DNA from: Halobacteriales archaeon
GTDB lineage: Archaea; Halobacteriota; Halobacteria; Halobacteriales; Hikarchaeaceae
Direction of reading: 5' to 3'
Length of the DNA stretch: 56,509 bases
Assembly (NCBI GenBank): GCA_042219475.1
Contig: JBDGPX010000063.1
Span: 1-56,509, forward strand
Part shown: one piece after another, positions 56,386-56,509 of the stretch
Position numbering within the stretch: the first letter of the stretch is position 1
How the letters are laid out: each line of letters begins with the position of its first letter
The notes under the pieces: model-generated
The model's input: the letters and a program-made list of their open reading frames with translations, nothing else
Told to the model about the DNA's origin: nothing
Database searches by the model: none
Program-made: the position numbers and the translations under genes

Positions 56386-56509
56386 TACCCTCTGTTTCGC
56401 TGGGAATTACTTAAATACACGCCGACACCGCGAACAGGGAGCCCGCGGCCATGGGATTGACCTCCTCCACGCCCTGAAGGACGTGGAATCCGACCATCGG
56501 ATTCGGACT

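Noticed and set aside
56440-56509. Two adjacent hairpins (CCACGCCC-TGAA-GGACGTGG at 56467-56486; GAATCCGA-CCA-TCGGATTC at 56486-56504) that looked tRNA-like
   Set aside because: The stem and loop sizes do not fit anticodon or T arms (3-nt loop, 8-bp stems), and the element is cut by the window edge. It may be a terminator or part of a feature outside the window.

Overview
GC-rich haloarchaeal (class Halobacteria) chromosomal window, judged from acidic proteins, AT-rich intergenic promoters, HalX regulators, a sensory rhodopsin and archaellum genes. I call 54 protein-coding genes. I recognised no rRNA, tRNA, CRISPR array, transposase or integrase. The centre (about 27.8-48.8 kb) is one contiguous motility/taxis supercluster: cheY-cheC-cheD, arlD-F-G-H-I-J, two convergent cheF (DUF439) genes, a minus-strand cheB-cheA-cheR-HEAT-cheF unit, a divergent cheW, and an htrII-like transducer with a sopII-like sensory rhodopsin. 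No archaellin gene, second ArlC/E-type gene or prepilin peptidase lies in the window. The left flank (0.1-27 kb) is metabolic and regulatory: a CoxL-like Mo-hydroxylase, an SDR, hydantoinase/oxoprolinase A and B coupled to an AAC(3)-type acetyltransferase, an O-methyltransferase, a MOFRL glycerate kinase, thrC, a creatininase, pcp, a HAD phosphatase, an AhpD/CMD protein, thioredoxin, threonine dehydratase and a geranylgeranyl-reductase-like flavoprotein. It also carries two degenerate KaiC/RecA-fold paralogues (one divergent from a DICT-like protein), a pseudo-receiver-HalX protein, an Rdx (SelW-like) CxxC protein, and a five-repeat COG1361-type surface protein flanked by two small wHTH regulators. 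The right flank has an FAD oxidase, a Cys-rich mini-ORF coupled to a BKACE enzyme, gamma-glutamyltransferase, a canonical HalX response regulator and a short Ski2/Hel308-like helicase. The most interesting items are: (i) an orphan hyper-acidic 198-aa protein and a 93-aa membrane protein at the head of the che-arl operon; (ii) an ArlD-like protein with an N-terminal hydrophobic segment and long poly-acidic tracts; (iii) a repeat-structured cheB/cheW control region; (iv) the degenerate KaiC-like/DICT-like pair; (v) a roughly 430-nt ORF-poor, hairpin-rich spacer that may encode an unassigned RNA; (vi) a sensory rhodopsin with Val in place of the near-invariant helix-C proline. All functional calls rest on motif and family recognition by eye. 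No database search was run.
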